Made by a program: the position numbers and the translations under genes
NCBI GenBank assembly: GCA_015680685.1
Contig: MNCI01001817.1
Coordinates: forward strand, 842,828-906,827
Direction: 5' to 3'
Length of the DNA stretch: 64,000 bases
Source: Gnetum montanum
Taxonomy: Eukaryota > Plantae > Gnetophyta
The notes under the pieces: generated by a model
What the model saw: only the letters and a program-made list of their open reading frames with translations
Told to the model about the DNA's origin: nothing
Database searches by the model: none
Shown: piece after piece, positions 1-12,006 of the stretch
Numbering within the stretch: the first letter of the stretch is position 1
Layout: each line of letters opens with the position of its first letter

Positions 1-2088
1 CAAATGCGAGGCCAGAAATCTAGCAATATTTGAGCAATCCATTGACACCCATTCACCTCCTACCCCTAAAGGGTTAGGCTGTGAATCTTCTTGGACAGAT
101 TTGCTAAGTTGGTAGTAGCAAAGAAAAAACATGTATTCTGATCCCCTTCTCTCAACCAACGCGCCCTACCTTGCTGCTTCCAATAGGCCTCTTCCTCCAT
201 ATCCAAGGCATGAAGCTTAGCCAAAACCTCACACTTGGCCTAGCCCAAATCCTTACTCAATTCCTAGTTTGCTTGTATCTCCAAAAGTCGGTGAAGCAAC
301 CTCCCTCTAGTGGACCTAAAAGAATATTTATCCTCCGCATGTAGGATCCTCAAGGCTCTCTTGAGTTGACTCAACCCCCGCTTGAGAAATCTTAGGGTTC
401 CACTTTCTGCAAATAAGAACCCTAAATGCCCTCAACCAACAGACACAACAAAGGCTTATTGAGCCAATAAGGTTCAAAATAGAAAGGAGCAACCCTCCCC
501 TAAGCCACCTCCCCCACATAGCATAGGATCGAACAATGGTTTGACACCATACAATCCTGCCATTTCACCACCACTCCTTGGGTCATGAGGACATGGGAAC
601 TAACCTAGACCCAATCAATCCTAGTCATAATCCGCTCACTCCCCTTCCGCATGTTACTCCATGTGTATTCTACTAAGCTCCATGTTAACTAGATCATGTG
701 TGGCCAAAAACTGCAAAAAATTCTAAGCTCTTGGAGAGTCCTGTGGCCCTACCCTGCATCAGACTTCTTGCACCTATACAGCCATTGATTGAAATCCCTC
801 ACAATAATCCACTGCAGCTGATCCCGAACCAGGGAAGCAATCTTGTGTAACTCCTACAACCGCTCTTCCCAATGTTGAGCTTTGTAGAAATTCATTAGGC
901 AGATTCCAGTGTTCGTGAGAATCATAATGCTCCACATGGAGCTCTTAGCAACTTCAAAAGTCCAACGTGAAAGAGATGCCAAACCCCCTACTCTCCCTCA
1001 ACAGGCAATAACTTGAGCTTGCCATCTAAGCCAATGACCCTCCTACTGCTAGAGTTTGGTCTCCTACAAATAGACAACATCACATTTCTCCCTACGCACC
1101 ATCTCTCTTAGGGTATTTTGTTTGTAGGAGGTACCCTGTCCCTTGCAGTTCCATGAGAGGATCCTCATGTCCTGCTTGTTGTGTGTTTCTTGTAAACCTC
1201 CTTGAAGATGGTTTGAACCCCTAGGTCAATCTCCAGCTACGTCTTCTTGGCTCAGGACATAGGGCTCAGTGGATGTCGAACCTTGCTAGCATCTAGGAAG
1301 ACAAGGAATGCCCCTTCCTTTGTGACACCCCCCTTTGTAACCTCTAACATGGGCAGTAACAAACCACCCCTCACCATTGAAATCCAACTCCCAAGGGGCA
1401 GCAACTCCTTCCTCAACATTCAGCTACTACCCCCCAGTGAACAAGAGCCACCCTTAATGGGCGATCTTGACAATCCCGAAGGAGTCCTTCTAGATACCCC
1501 CTGCAAAACTAGCACTTGGGCCCCTGCCCCCAAGGAAACATCTCCCTACATAGACCCTTGAGGTAAACCCCCTTTTTGGGTCACCACCATCCATCCATCC
1601 CCCAGTTTCTTGGGGCCGAGCACCTTCTAACCCACCTTGCAATCTACAATCTAGTATCCCTCCTTGCCATAGGTCCCACAACACTGAGCCAATTTTGAAT
1701 AAGAGGGGCAAAGTTTAACAACATTTTATAAGTAGAGATGTAGGGTTGGTGGTAGCTTTCCTCCTAGTCCTTTTTGCGCTATTCCAACTATTGCTGAAAA
1801 TTGCCCTCTAGCATCTCCCTCCTTTTGTCTATGTAGGCCTTTAGCAAACATTGGCTACCCACATCGTCTCTACCTCAAAACCTAGCACTCTACAATTCTA
1901 GGTCCTCAACAGATTTCCCATTCCATGTGATTCACCTTCAAGGATAACTATCACAAATCCTGCTACTAAACATGGGGCACCATCAATGTTTGATTTAACC
2001 TATTGTACCAACCTCCTAGAAACAAACTAGCAATCCACAACCTTGGAAAGAGTAGCTTGAGGCAATTGAGGAGAGACTAGCTTGGCTA
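1..2088 (-). mobile_element. Decayed L1-type LINE: probable 3' part of ORF1 plus ORF2 APE endonuclease
   Basis: Minus-strand translation from the ATG at 1168 gives MRILSWNCKG...LREMVR, then with frameshifts DVVYL(Q)ETKL, WIIVRDFNQ and FYFEPYWL, which are APE/L1 motifs. Cut at 2088 by a copia LTR. Confidence 0.85.
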
Positions 2089-2776
2089 TGTCATATTATA
2101 GTATGGGTGAGAGCTCTTCTCAAATCTCATATCTTATATTTCTCATGTTTCATATTTCATTTTCATTTTATATTTCATGTCACAATACAAAGTTTACTTC
2201 AAAAATATAAAAGCTTTAATAAAATGGAAAATTTCAGATGTAAGACATCATAGTGCCAAACATGCCTAAAATGGCGAACTTCAAGTCAACCTCGCCTATA
2301 AATTGAGCTCTCCCGTCCTATCTCACAAGAGAGAGTCCTTTTCTAATGTTGTCATTGTTCATTCAAAGTGCAAGGGTTTGAAAGAGTGTCACAAAGAAAT
2401 TTTCTTTTTTCACTTTTTCACTTTACAATTCTCACATTCTCTCACAATTTTTCTTAGATTTCACAATTCATTCAGAAGATCTTACATTCTTAGATTCACA
2501 TTTCACATTTTTACAATTTCTTCTCAAGATCATTCATATCTCAAGATCAATTTTCATCAAAGATGTTCTGCAAATCATCAAAGATCATAAAGATAAGTAC
2601 AAATCTTGTTCACAAGATGATAAAGATGTTCAAAGCATCAAGCTTTAGTGTTGTTCCCTCATTTAAAGTTCATTTACATGCATCTTTAGTTGTCACAAGT
2701 TGCTTATGCATCTTGTGGACTAGATCTCTTGTTTTGCATAATCTTTTTCACATATCTAATTCAAGATTCCTCTTTC
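2089..2776 (+). repeat. 5' LTR of copia A (3' end approximate)
   Basis: TG start, TATAAAT near 2297, homologous to the LTR starting at 19288. Followed by PBS-like TAGTATCAGGAG at 2777. Confidence 0.7.
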
Positions 2777-5700
2777 TAGTATCAGGAGTGTCTAGAAGCT
2801 TCCTAATTTGAAGTAAAAAAATGTCAAATTCATCATGTAATTAAAAATTCAATTTTTTGCCAATTGATCTCCATCAATTCCGACGATAGAAATCAATACG
2901 GATTTCTTCAGTCTCGTTCCTTATCACCCAAGCAACATGCCACAATAAATTCAAATTCTGAAAAGTTGCCAAACATATTGATCTTCATCAATTGCCACAA
3001 CTTCTAGTGATATGCTTAAAATTTTACAAAGAGCTATCGATTTTATCCACGCTTAAGCAATCAACATTGATAACCATTTAAAGGATATTGATTCTTGTTG
3101 ATTCCAATAGTCTCCGGCAACAACGTCAAAATCTGAAATCATAATAAGCTTCAGTGCACCCTAAGAGAGTGGTATCAGAGATTTAAGGTCCAAAGCCTTG
3201 GAAATTTGATGTAAGAAAGTTGCTTTTTCATTTTAAGACCAAAAGGTCCAAAAAGCATCCACAATTATCCACGTTCATCCTCAATTTTACATTTTCTCAT
3301 CCACAAACCTTTATTCCTCAAATTTTTCTCAACGATCCTCATTTCTCAGATAAATTCACAACTTCTTACATCAAATCCACACCTTTTCACACCAAAGCCA
3401 CAAGAAACTCTAAGATGTATCATCATTTAAGTCATTCAAGCTAACCTGTAAATCTTTGAAGTCATTTCAAGCCATTTTCAGCTCAAAAGCTCTTCAAAAT
3501 GAGTAAAGATATTCCAAAGTGCACTATAATTTTCAATAGAAGCCAAGATTTCACCTATTGAAGGAAGCTTATGAAGACTTTACTTCAAATCAATGAGTGC
3601 TGGAACACTGTGGACCATGGATATCAAGAATTTGCAAATCTGAATGCCTTCAATAGATAACAAATGAGAAAGCTTCAAGAAGATGGAAGGAAAGATGCCT
3701 CAGCAAAGATGATTATTTGCACATCAGTTTCAGATGCAATTGGATCAAGGATCATAGATAAGCCAAATGCCAAAGAAACTTAAGATCTACTACAACAAGA
3801 ATACAAAGGAACCTCCATCACAAACATTCAAATCAAGCAATTGAGGTATAGATAAGAATTTGAAGATCTAATCCGTAATAGAAATGAGAGTATTGAGAAA
3901 TTCTTTACAAGAATGTATGCATACATAAGAAATTTAGATGAATATGGATGTCAATATAGTAAAGGCAAAAGTTAGACAAAATCATTCAAGTTTTGTATAA
4001 TGAGGGAAGATTCAAATATGCTATGATGATTACTGTTCAAAACGAAGATCTAGATAACATCACAATTGATGAATTAGTATCTCAAGTTAGAACCTTGGAA
4101 GATCCGAAAAGGCAAGATAATCAAAGCCAAAATGAACAAGTTTATTTTGCAAGAAACAATAGAGGAAGAGGCAGATTTGGTAGAGATAGAGGCAGAAGTC
4201 CTAACTTCAAAGATTAAAGGGCTAAAGATTAAAATCAAAATAAAAAATCCAGAGCTGAAAATTCAAGAGGAAGAGGCAATTTCAAAAGAAAAAAAGGTCA
4301 AAGAGGAAGAAGATTTAACTTCACTCCAAGAAATCAGTAGGACGCATCATCATCAAATGTTCCATGGTGCAAACATTGCAAAAAGAAGGGACACTAAGAA
4401 GACAAGTGCTAGTGGAAGGTAGGATTTCCTTCCTCCACCCCAATGATTCATCGAAGCTAAATGAAGACTCTTCTTAACCTCAAAAAAAATTCTCAAGAGT
4501 CACAAGTTCAATCAAAGGAAAAGATCCAAAACTCCAATTTTGCTGCATATCAAATGGTCAAAGAAGTTACTCCTAATACATGAATCATAGATACTAGTTG
4601 TTCAAATCATATGACTCCATTCAAGGAGAATTTTATCAATTATACCTCAAACAATTCTCTTGGAAGCATTAAGGTAGGATATGGTGCCAGCGTAAAGATA
4701 GAAGGAATTGGTAATGTATTGCTTACACTTCCTAATGGCCACAAAATCAATGTGCATGATGTTTACTATGCTCCTCAATTGTCATGTTCATTATTATCAG
4801 TTGATCAAATTGTCAGTAAAGGAAATCAAGTGGTTTCCATGATGATAATTGTACTATTTCCAATGGTAATTTTATTATTGCAAAATTGAAGAGATTGAAC
4901 AATCACATTTATTGTTTGGAAGCACATTCTTGCAAAGGTGCTGATTCTTTGATTTCTCAGATTCATCAATCAAATTCTTCTCATGTGCTTCTCTCAAGAT
5001 CATGGCATTGAAGGTTAGGTCATGTCTCCTACTACAACATTGAGAAGTTAATCAAGAACAATGCAAATATTAGAGTCAACTATTCAGAAATACCACAAGA
5101 AGTTTGTGAGATGTGTCTCAAAGGAAAGCAAAAGGCCTTGCCTCATAATGCTCAAATACAATGGAAGCAAAGACCTCTTGCGCTTCTTCATATGGATTTG
5201 GCAGGTCCAATGCCTACTCTAGCTTAAGAAGGGGTCAAATACTTCTTTGTTATTGTTGATGATTATAATAGGTATGTTTGGACATATTCTTTGCATTCCA
5301 AAGATGAAACTTCTTGCATCTTTTAAAATTTCAAACGTTTGATAGAAAATAAATTGAGTCTCAAGATTAAGGCTATAAGATCATATAGAGGAGGTGAATT
5401 TGTTAATCAAGAATTTGAGGAATTTTGCATTAAGCATAGAATTGAAAAGCAAACAGCTTGTGGATATTCACCGCAAATTAATGGTATTGCTGAATGGAAA
5501 AATGGCATAATTCAAGAGATGTCTAGGTGCCTCCTCAAGCATGCTTCACTTCCACATCATTTTTGGAATAAAGCTTTACATGCTTCAGCCTACATCCTAA
5601 ATAGGCTTATCAAGCAAGGAGAAGCCTCTATATTAGCTTCTTTATGGTAAAAGTCCCAAACTTGTCTCACATGAAAGTTTTTGGATGTGTTTGTTATGTG

Positions 5701-5827
5701 AAAATACAAAATGAGTTATTGAGCAAGCTAGATGATAGAGGAAGAAAGTGCATTTTTCTAAGATATGATTCCAAAACAAGTTGTTACAAATGTTATGCTC
5801 CACAAGAAAGTAAGTGGTATATTTCCA

Positions 5828-6493
5828 TGCAGATCAAAGACCTACGATGGATGGAAGACCCTGTGGGTGGCCAAAGTCTCTCGGAGGAGGCCCGCTTAAC
5901 AATGGAACAAGCGTGATTAGAAGAACAGGCAGAGTGGCAAGCCCACTGGGAGAACCTACGGAAAGAGGCACAGTGGGAGGCAATTTCCATGCAGATCAGA
6001 GAGACTTGTGATGGATGGAAGACATGATCACCAAACACTAGGCGGGGCTGGCACAACATATAGAAGAAAACAAACAGTGGTTGGCAATGGGCACAAGCAC
6101 TATGGTCACTTAGGCTACGGATAAAACAAGGACATCCCAACCATTGGCAGAGGCCAAGAGTAGGGGGTCGGATTATGGGAGAAGTAAGATTGCAGGGCTA
6201 AGAGGGAAAGGCCAATGGGAGGATGACTAATGATCACATGGCTTGGTTGGGGAGATGGGACATTATGGGTGTTTGGGTTTTTGGGCTTTGACTGGGTTGG
6301 CCCAATGGCAAGACCACGAGACTCACATGCAGGACAGGTTACATGATAGGGGCATGTAACGGGAAACATGTTGCGGGAAGGCTTTAAAGCCTGGCAGTTT
6401 TAGGGGACATGGGGTGAGGCGCACTGACCCACGCTATACAGTTATACAGCACTTTTTTTTGGATTAATATAGCTCGACTTTTTCTCCAAAAAA
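5828..6493 (+). mobile_element. 5'-truncated poly(A) retroposon inserted in the copia A integrase
   Basis: Perfect 16-bp TSD AAGTGGTATATTTCCA at 5812-5827 and 6494-6509, with an A-tail before the right copy. The copia frame (KWYIS|KNVIFD) resumes after it. Confidence 0.9.
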
Positions 6494-6953
6494 AAGTGGT
6501 ATATTTCCAAAAATGTCATTTTTGATAATGAAAAATTTGGTCTTGATAAATTCAAAGAAGAAGATAGAAAAGTATCAAAAATTTCTACAAACCCATGGGT
6601 GGAAAGAAACCATCCCAAAGATCAAATTTTGGATCAAAATTATGAAAGAAGATCCACAAGGTCACAAGCAAAATCACAAATAGCCCTTCTCCATGAGCCT
6701 AATAATGTACAAGAAGCTCTCAAATCTCAAGTTTGGACATAAGCAATGAAAAAAGAATATAATGCTATTATAAAAAAATCAAACTTGGACTTTGGTTGAT
6801 AGGCCAAAAAGAAAGAAGGTAATTGAAGCAAAATGGATATTCAAAACAAAGTACAATGAAAAAAAAATGAAATTACAGCCTATAAGACAAGATTGTTTGC
6901 CAATGGCTTTAAGCAAAAGAAGCATGTGGACAATGATGAAATCTTTACACCTA

Positions 6954-9317
6954 TTTTTTTAGCGAAACGATCAGGCATTGTATTAGAAAAAAGCAAGTAC
7001 AAAACAAAAGGGGATGAACTCCACAAAATGGGGGGTACTTCACCCCTCCCTTGAGATGAGGAAAGGGGAGACCCACTCAGACGGAAAAGCAAAATAGACA
7101 AAAAAGGAAGAAACTCTAGAGCTGCTAACCACCAATCCTCCCCATGGAATCTAGCCCCTCCCTAGGCCCTTCGATCAAGTACACTCAAAACCAAAAGACA
7201 AAATGCCAATAGCCCTAACAAGGCACCTTCTCTCCATTCTTGTGAACATTATCATGTTGCAGGCTATGAGAGGGTAGTGTCGGGGCAACTAGCCCTTTCT
7301 CACATGTTGATGAGACACGATTCGCATGATCCGCGATATCGCGGCCGCCGCAATATCGCATCCCCTATGATATTGCGTACGCGATATAGCGTCGTCCCCT
7401 GCGATGTCGCGTACGCGATATTGCGGTCCGCCGCCATATCTATAAATAAGAGACAACTCTCCCTTGTTTGCTCATCCTGAGTTAGAAGTAGGGAAACTCT
7501 TGCAGTTTGATCACTCCAGAGATAGAATATTTTCCATGTGCCTGCAGTAAGAGTCCTAAAGTGAACGGATCTTTATTCGAGCAACATTGTACCTGAACAC
7601 AAGTTGTGTACGACAATAAAAACGAACTTCTTGGATAAACCTTGCAATGCATGGAATAGGATTTTATTTATTGTTTTCTCTCTCACCCTTAAACTCCTAA
7701 AATGCGGAATGAGTACAACTTGATTACGAGCATCTAAGGATGTGTACGGATAGTCAAGGAATCGGCTGCTCATCGCATGCTATATGAGTACGACTTGATT
7801 ACAAGCATCTAGTGTGACTACTTAGTAACCCAGTGGCGTATCCAGGATCTACGCTTGGTAATCCCAGTGGTAGTCCCAGATGTGTACGGTTAGTCAGGGA
7901 ATCGGCTGCTTATCGCACTTAGGCTAGATAGATTCTCTCAACCCTTTCCTCCTAGTTAAGTGCCTCAGTACGACCACTTCGAGCACGTGTGTTACACGTG
8001 GTGATCCCAACAACGATTAGCGTTTGGTAGCCGCAGTTGCATTGGTTCAGGGTGTGTACGGTAAGTGGGAACAAATGCTGACGCTAGGTAATTTAGACTT
8101 AGTCATTAGTTAGAGTTAGTTAGTTTCTCAACCCTTCACCTCGATAGCATAGGAGAAAAACATAAAAGACCATAAAAATCATATACCTCGGACTTACTTA
8201 ACCATACACCGTGACAACTACAAGTCTGAGAAGACAACGAATGATTAACCCCAAGTGTTCCATGGGGTGTGTAGGCACTTAGTCTACGGAGTTCGACTGG
8301 ATCGCATGTACTACGCTCGTTTCGTATGGTTGAGTGTAGGGGTACCTCGCCACTCATCACATGTGTATAAAATCCAAAACCTCTCGAAGTTGCTATGCAG
8401 CAACAAAGTTTGCTGCTTCCTAGAACTCCATGTACTTTTGTTCTTGTTCTCGTTGGGCTTCTTCAAATCCAACTTTATCTAGATGAAATATGGCAACAAC
8501 CCTCCTAATATGCCTTCAGAGATCCACCCAAGAGATGTAACAGCAAACTTCCATGGCTTCATAGGGGCAACGACCTATCTGAAACCACCATCAAACGCTA
8601 GTTGAGCAAGCCACTAGCTACTACTTCATAAGCTACTCCTCTTCCCCCAAGTGCCAATGGATCAAAGCCAACCCCTAAGCTTCGAAAAACCAAGGTCCCC
8701 CTTGCAAAATATTGTCTTGATCCTCCTTGTTTTGGAAACGAATAGTAGCAAGTTCCCCATCAAGAAATGAATCTCCACATCCCCCACTCCCCAAGAGGAG
8801 GCCATCTAGAGCTTAATAAGGTCCATCCTAGGGCAAAATCCAGCTGACACAAGCTTCCTGATAAGGCTCATCTACGTTGTTTACAAACCTTCTAGAAGGA
8901 CACCATGGTTCATCTAGAGATAGAGCTTCTTCAAATGCCCAACACCACATCAATGCGTCCACCCTAAGGTGCAAAACACTAAGACCAATAAGAGACTCTC
9001 CATTTTCCATCACTCCTAATCCACCAATTGTGGCTCCCCTTGCATGCTCTACCACAAAATTAGCAAGGAAAATGCTGCCTCCACTAACTCCCAATACGTT
9101 ATTGCTATCACCTGCTCCCTCCTTTATCCCTCCACTTCCTACAGCGTTGCCAGTAGCGCTACCACCACCCCCATCTCTATCATAGCTCCCAATGCCCCTA
9201 CTTCCCCTCGTGGGGCTCCAAACACTCCTATTCTCCCCAATGTCAATGCCACCACACCCACCCTCCTTAGCCCCAATTGCACTCATGTTGTCCCAATTGT
9301 TCTTTCAAGTTAATTGG
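6954..9317 (-). mobile_element. Poly(A) retroposon B, about 1.3 kb without the nested solo LTR: DUF4283 (LINE ORF1) plus J-domain-like segment, no ORF2
   Basis: T-run at 6954-6960, and host copia RT flanks both ends. Minus translation: LIRKLVS...WGVGDVEIHFLMGN / ATIRFQNKEDQDNILQGGPWFFEA*GLALIHW, then in frame RCPYEAMEV...RHIRRVVAIFHLDK...KYMEF*EAANFVAA*QLREVLD. Confidence 0.8.
7308..8359 (+). mobile_element. Solo LTR of a Tat/Athila-like gypsy family (same family as 45944-46752)
   Basis: TGATGAG...CTCATCA termini. 5-bp TSD CATGT at 7303-7307 and 8360-8364. TATAAATA at 7441. CpG still retained. Confidence 0.93.
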
Positions 9318-10299
9318 CTTGTTGCTAAACTAGAAGGCTATAGATATGATTCTAAGTTTAGACATCTTTACATTTTTATTGTGCCTCAAGTGCACATTGG
9401 ACATCAAGGAATGTCAATCATTGTATCGGCATTCTCTTCTAGCTAGATCCTTGGGCCACTATTTGCATTTTATGATTTTCTTGAAATTAATTACTTACAT
9501 CTTGGATTTGACAAATCACACCAATTGCAAAGCTCCTATGGAATTATTCTATCCATGACTCAGTGTTACCCATTGGAATCGAACTTATGGCTTGGGTGTT
9601 CGGTGTTTATAGTTTGTTTTTTATGTTAAATTGATTGTTGTCAATGCTAATCTGAATGCAAGTTGAATTTCTAATTATTGACTAATTGTTAGACAAGAAC
9701 TTACCCTTGCATTTGAAGCAACATTTGGAGGCCTTTGGGTGTTAGCTCTCTCCCTAGGCATTGGTGTTAAAAATACAAAGTATAGTAGACAATTGCTATT
9801 TCATTGTAATTTGGATCTTAATGTCTGCTCTACATAAACAAAATTGGCATAGGCAAGCACATTGGGTTAGATTATGAACGGAAGCTATAATGATAGATGA
9901 TTTTGTTATAATTATTGTTTCTACCCATTGGATACCTCTAATGATTGTAAGAAGCAGAAGCTCTTAAAATTGGTTTTTTATGACACATATTTTATTAATT
10001 TCTTTTTGCTCAAGGATTATGATTTTATGTATTTGTAGCTTCAGCATAAACCTGGTTTGCATCAACATGTCATTCCAATTTGCATAATGAATCAAATTCT
10101 CAAATAGAATTACTCTAAAGGAAATATCTGATTTATCTTTTGCAGATTTCCTAATCTAGTTTTGAAACTTCAATTTTAATATCCGACGCTGCCATGTACA
10201 CTCGTTCAAATATAAATACTTGTATAGGAAACTGAAGTTTTCATACTATAAAGATTTGTAATAATAAACAGAAAAACATAAGTGGAAAGATTCACCTAC

Positions 10300-10384
10300 C
10301 CACGTCTCTGGTAGGCAGTAATAAATTTTGAATCCTTGACATTTTTAAGAAAGAAGCAGACGGTCGACAGGAGATCATCAAAAT
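10300..10384 (-). CDS. METTL23: METTL23-like methyltransferase, coding exon 6
   Basis: AG/GT-bounded and phase-consistent: (D)FDDLLSTVCFFLKNVKDSKFITAYQRR(G). Confidence 0.9.
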
Positions 10385-10470
10385 CTTTAAAAAAAAACAA
10401 TCAGAAATCAAATTTAGCAACTAAATATTTCTCGATACCAGTGAATATGCCAGAATATTTTATAATTTAC

Positions 10471-10564
10471 CTTTGTTTTCATATAACACATCTGCACCCA
10501 GCACAATCTGAGGATGCAAGTCAAAAGTACTTCTGTTCCATTCACCCCAAGTGAGACCAATGAC
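10471..10564 (-). CDS. METTL23: METTL23-like methyltransferase, coding exon 5
   Basis: VIGLTWGEWNRSTFDLHPQIVLGADVLYENK, containing the LxWG and DxxY motifs of family-16 methyltransferases. Canonical splice sites. Confidence 0.95.
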
Positions 10565-10692
10565 CTGATTAAAAAGGTTAGAACCTGACTCGTAAAAAAC
10601 AAGGCTAGGCCTACAGTGGTAAAACATCTCCAAACATACATAAAAATAGGGTTTGTTTCCAACCTAAGAAACAAATCTGAATTCTGAATTAC

Positions 10693-10743
10693 CTTGCAAT
10701 CAACATTATTAAGTTTACATGTTTCCGTCATATTTTCCAACAC
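10693..10743 (-). CDS. METTL23: METTL23-like methyltransferase, coding exon 4
   Basis: VLENMTETCKLNNVDCK, 51 bp, canonical splice sites. Confidence 0.93.
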
Positions 10744-10903
10744 CTGGAAGCAGCTAAACTATTAAATTTTGACTTCTTAAATTGTTAACTAGTTCAATAT
10801 GACTCTAACGAGATTAACTTCATAGAAATGCATATATAAGCATCTAATGACATTTGCGTTTCAAGATTATCATCTGAGCAAAAAAAAAAAATATTTAACA
10901 CAC

Positions 10904-10990
10904 CTCTGTTCTATTACAATCATCTGTTAGTGTGACATGGCTACCCAGTTTGGCAGCTACGATTCCAGGCAATGCAGTTCCTGCTCCAAG
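10904..10990 (-). CDS. METTL23: METTL23-like methyltransferase, coding exon 3
   Basis: LGAGTALPGIVAAKLGSHVTLTDDCNRTE, containing SAM-binding motif I and post-I. Canonical splice sites. Confidence 0.95.
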
Positions 10991-11384
10991 CTATGGGAAA
11001 AGATAAAAAATAACTTCAGCTTTATCATCACAACTAAGAATTGCTAATTCCAAGACCCTGCCTTTGAGTAAAACTTTGAAAAAGGAGCAACTGGAAAACA
11101 CACATGGCGTGAAATTTCATATTGTATGTAAACATAAAAATTAAAAACTCAAACACTAGATTTATAAAAGAAAAAAATGATCGATAAATATCAACAGACA
11201 CATTTATAAATTAAAAATTCAGAAAGTACACCATACACCAGTGCTTTTTTTCTCAAATGCATTATCAAAATGAAAATAATTTCTTTCAATGAATTGTAGC
11301 ACATCTGTAGTGACCAACACTTTCTTAGATTTGGTTCTTGATTTTTATGGCAGTACTGTGATTGTGCTTTAGGGACAATCATTT

Positions 11385-11540
11385 GAAGTGATGGTAAGGT
11401 GTTTGTTTCTCAAGTCAAAAGACCTAGGTTCAAGCCTCAGCATAGCCACTCGAATGATGTTAGGCTTTCACTCATCTACCAACCCTCCTAGCACCCCACC
11501 TTGGCCAAATGAGCATTGAGCCTCTAGGTAACAAGCTTTT
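11385..11540 (+). mobile_element. Putative tRNA-derived SINE head
   Basis: A-box-like GTGATGGTAAGG and B-box GGTTCAAGCC at tRNA-like spacing. Boundaries approximate. Confidence 0.55.
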
Positions 11541-11559
11541 ATGGTGAATGTGATTTTTT

Positions 11560-11870
11560 TTATGATGCATGTGGTTTTGTGCTGATTTGTAGATTTACCT
11601 ATGATTTCATGATTGTGATGGATTTGAGTAGTGTTGATGACCATGTGCTTATGATTTGTAGGACTTAGCACTAACTAGTGAATTTATCTATGATATTATA
11701 ATTGTAATGAATTTGAGTGGTGTTGATGATGATGTGCACATGATTTGTAGAATTTGGTGCTGATTTATAGATCAATAGAATATTCTATAATCGTGATGAA
11801 TTGCAATGGCATTAATAATCATTTGTTCATGATTTGTATAACTCTATGCATGTTGCTGCTGAGACTTTGC
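11560..11870 (+). repeat. Unclassified dispersed repeat with internal sub-repeats
   Basis: Recurring GATTTGAGTAGTGTTGATG / GCTGATTT units. Reverse-complement copies at about 23300-23759 (continuing to 28800) and about 32830-33130. Confidence 0.65.
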
Positions 11871-12006
11871 AGCATTATTCTTGCCTTTGTCCTTTAACCA
11901 CCATAATTTGGAGGATATCTAGTCTCATGCCGCCATTGCAACTTCATAGTGATTTTCTGGCTGCTGCTGTGTTGTGGCTACTTTGGCAAGTGCATAACAA
12001 GCATGN

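Larger units (their letters stand above)
2089..9360 (+). mobile_element. Ty1/copia element A, decayed, carrying nested insertions, 3'-truncated
   Basis: LTR starts TGTCA at 2089. Met-type PBS TGGTATCAGAG at 3170-3180. Gag ATG at 3499, then protease (IIDTSCSNHMT), integrase (LLHMDLAGP, RGGEF, PQINGIAE) and RT start. RT breaks at IFTP (6952) and resumes as VAKLE..MILSL at 9321-9360. Confidence 0.9.

Noticed and set aside
8828-9446. Gly-rich or Pro-rich, extensin-like ORFs on both strands
   Set aside because: Low-complexity 5' part of retroposon B, not a host gene.
9964-10114. Phase-compatible open frame (VILFENLIHYANW...) after a TTTAG acceptor, as a candidate METTL23 last exon
   Set aside because: No convincing similarity to the conserved METTL23 C-terminus. 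At most an alternative exon, which would need RNA evidence.
10414-10743. 109-aa ORF from the track taken as a single gene
   Set aside because: It reads exon 4 into intron sequence; the spliced model explains it.
11385-11460. tRNA gene
   Set aside because: A/B boxes are present but there is no complete cloverleaf; a SINE head is more likely.
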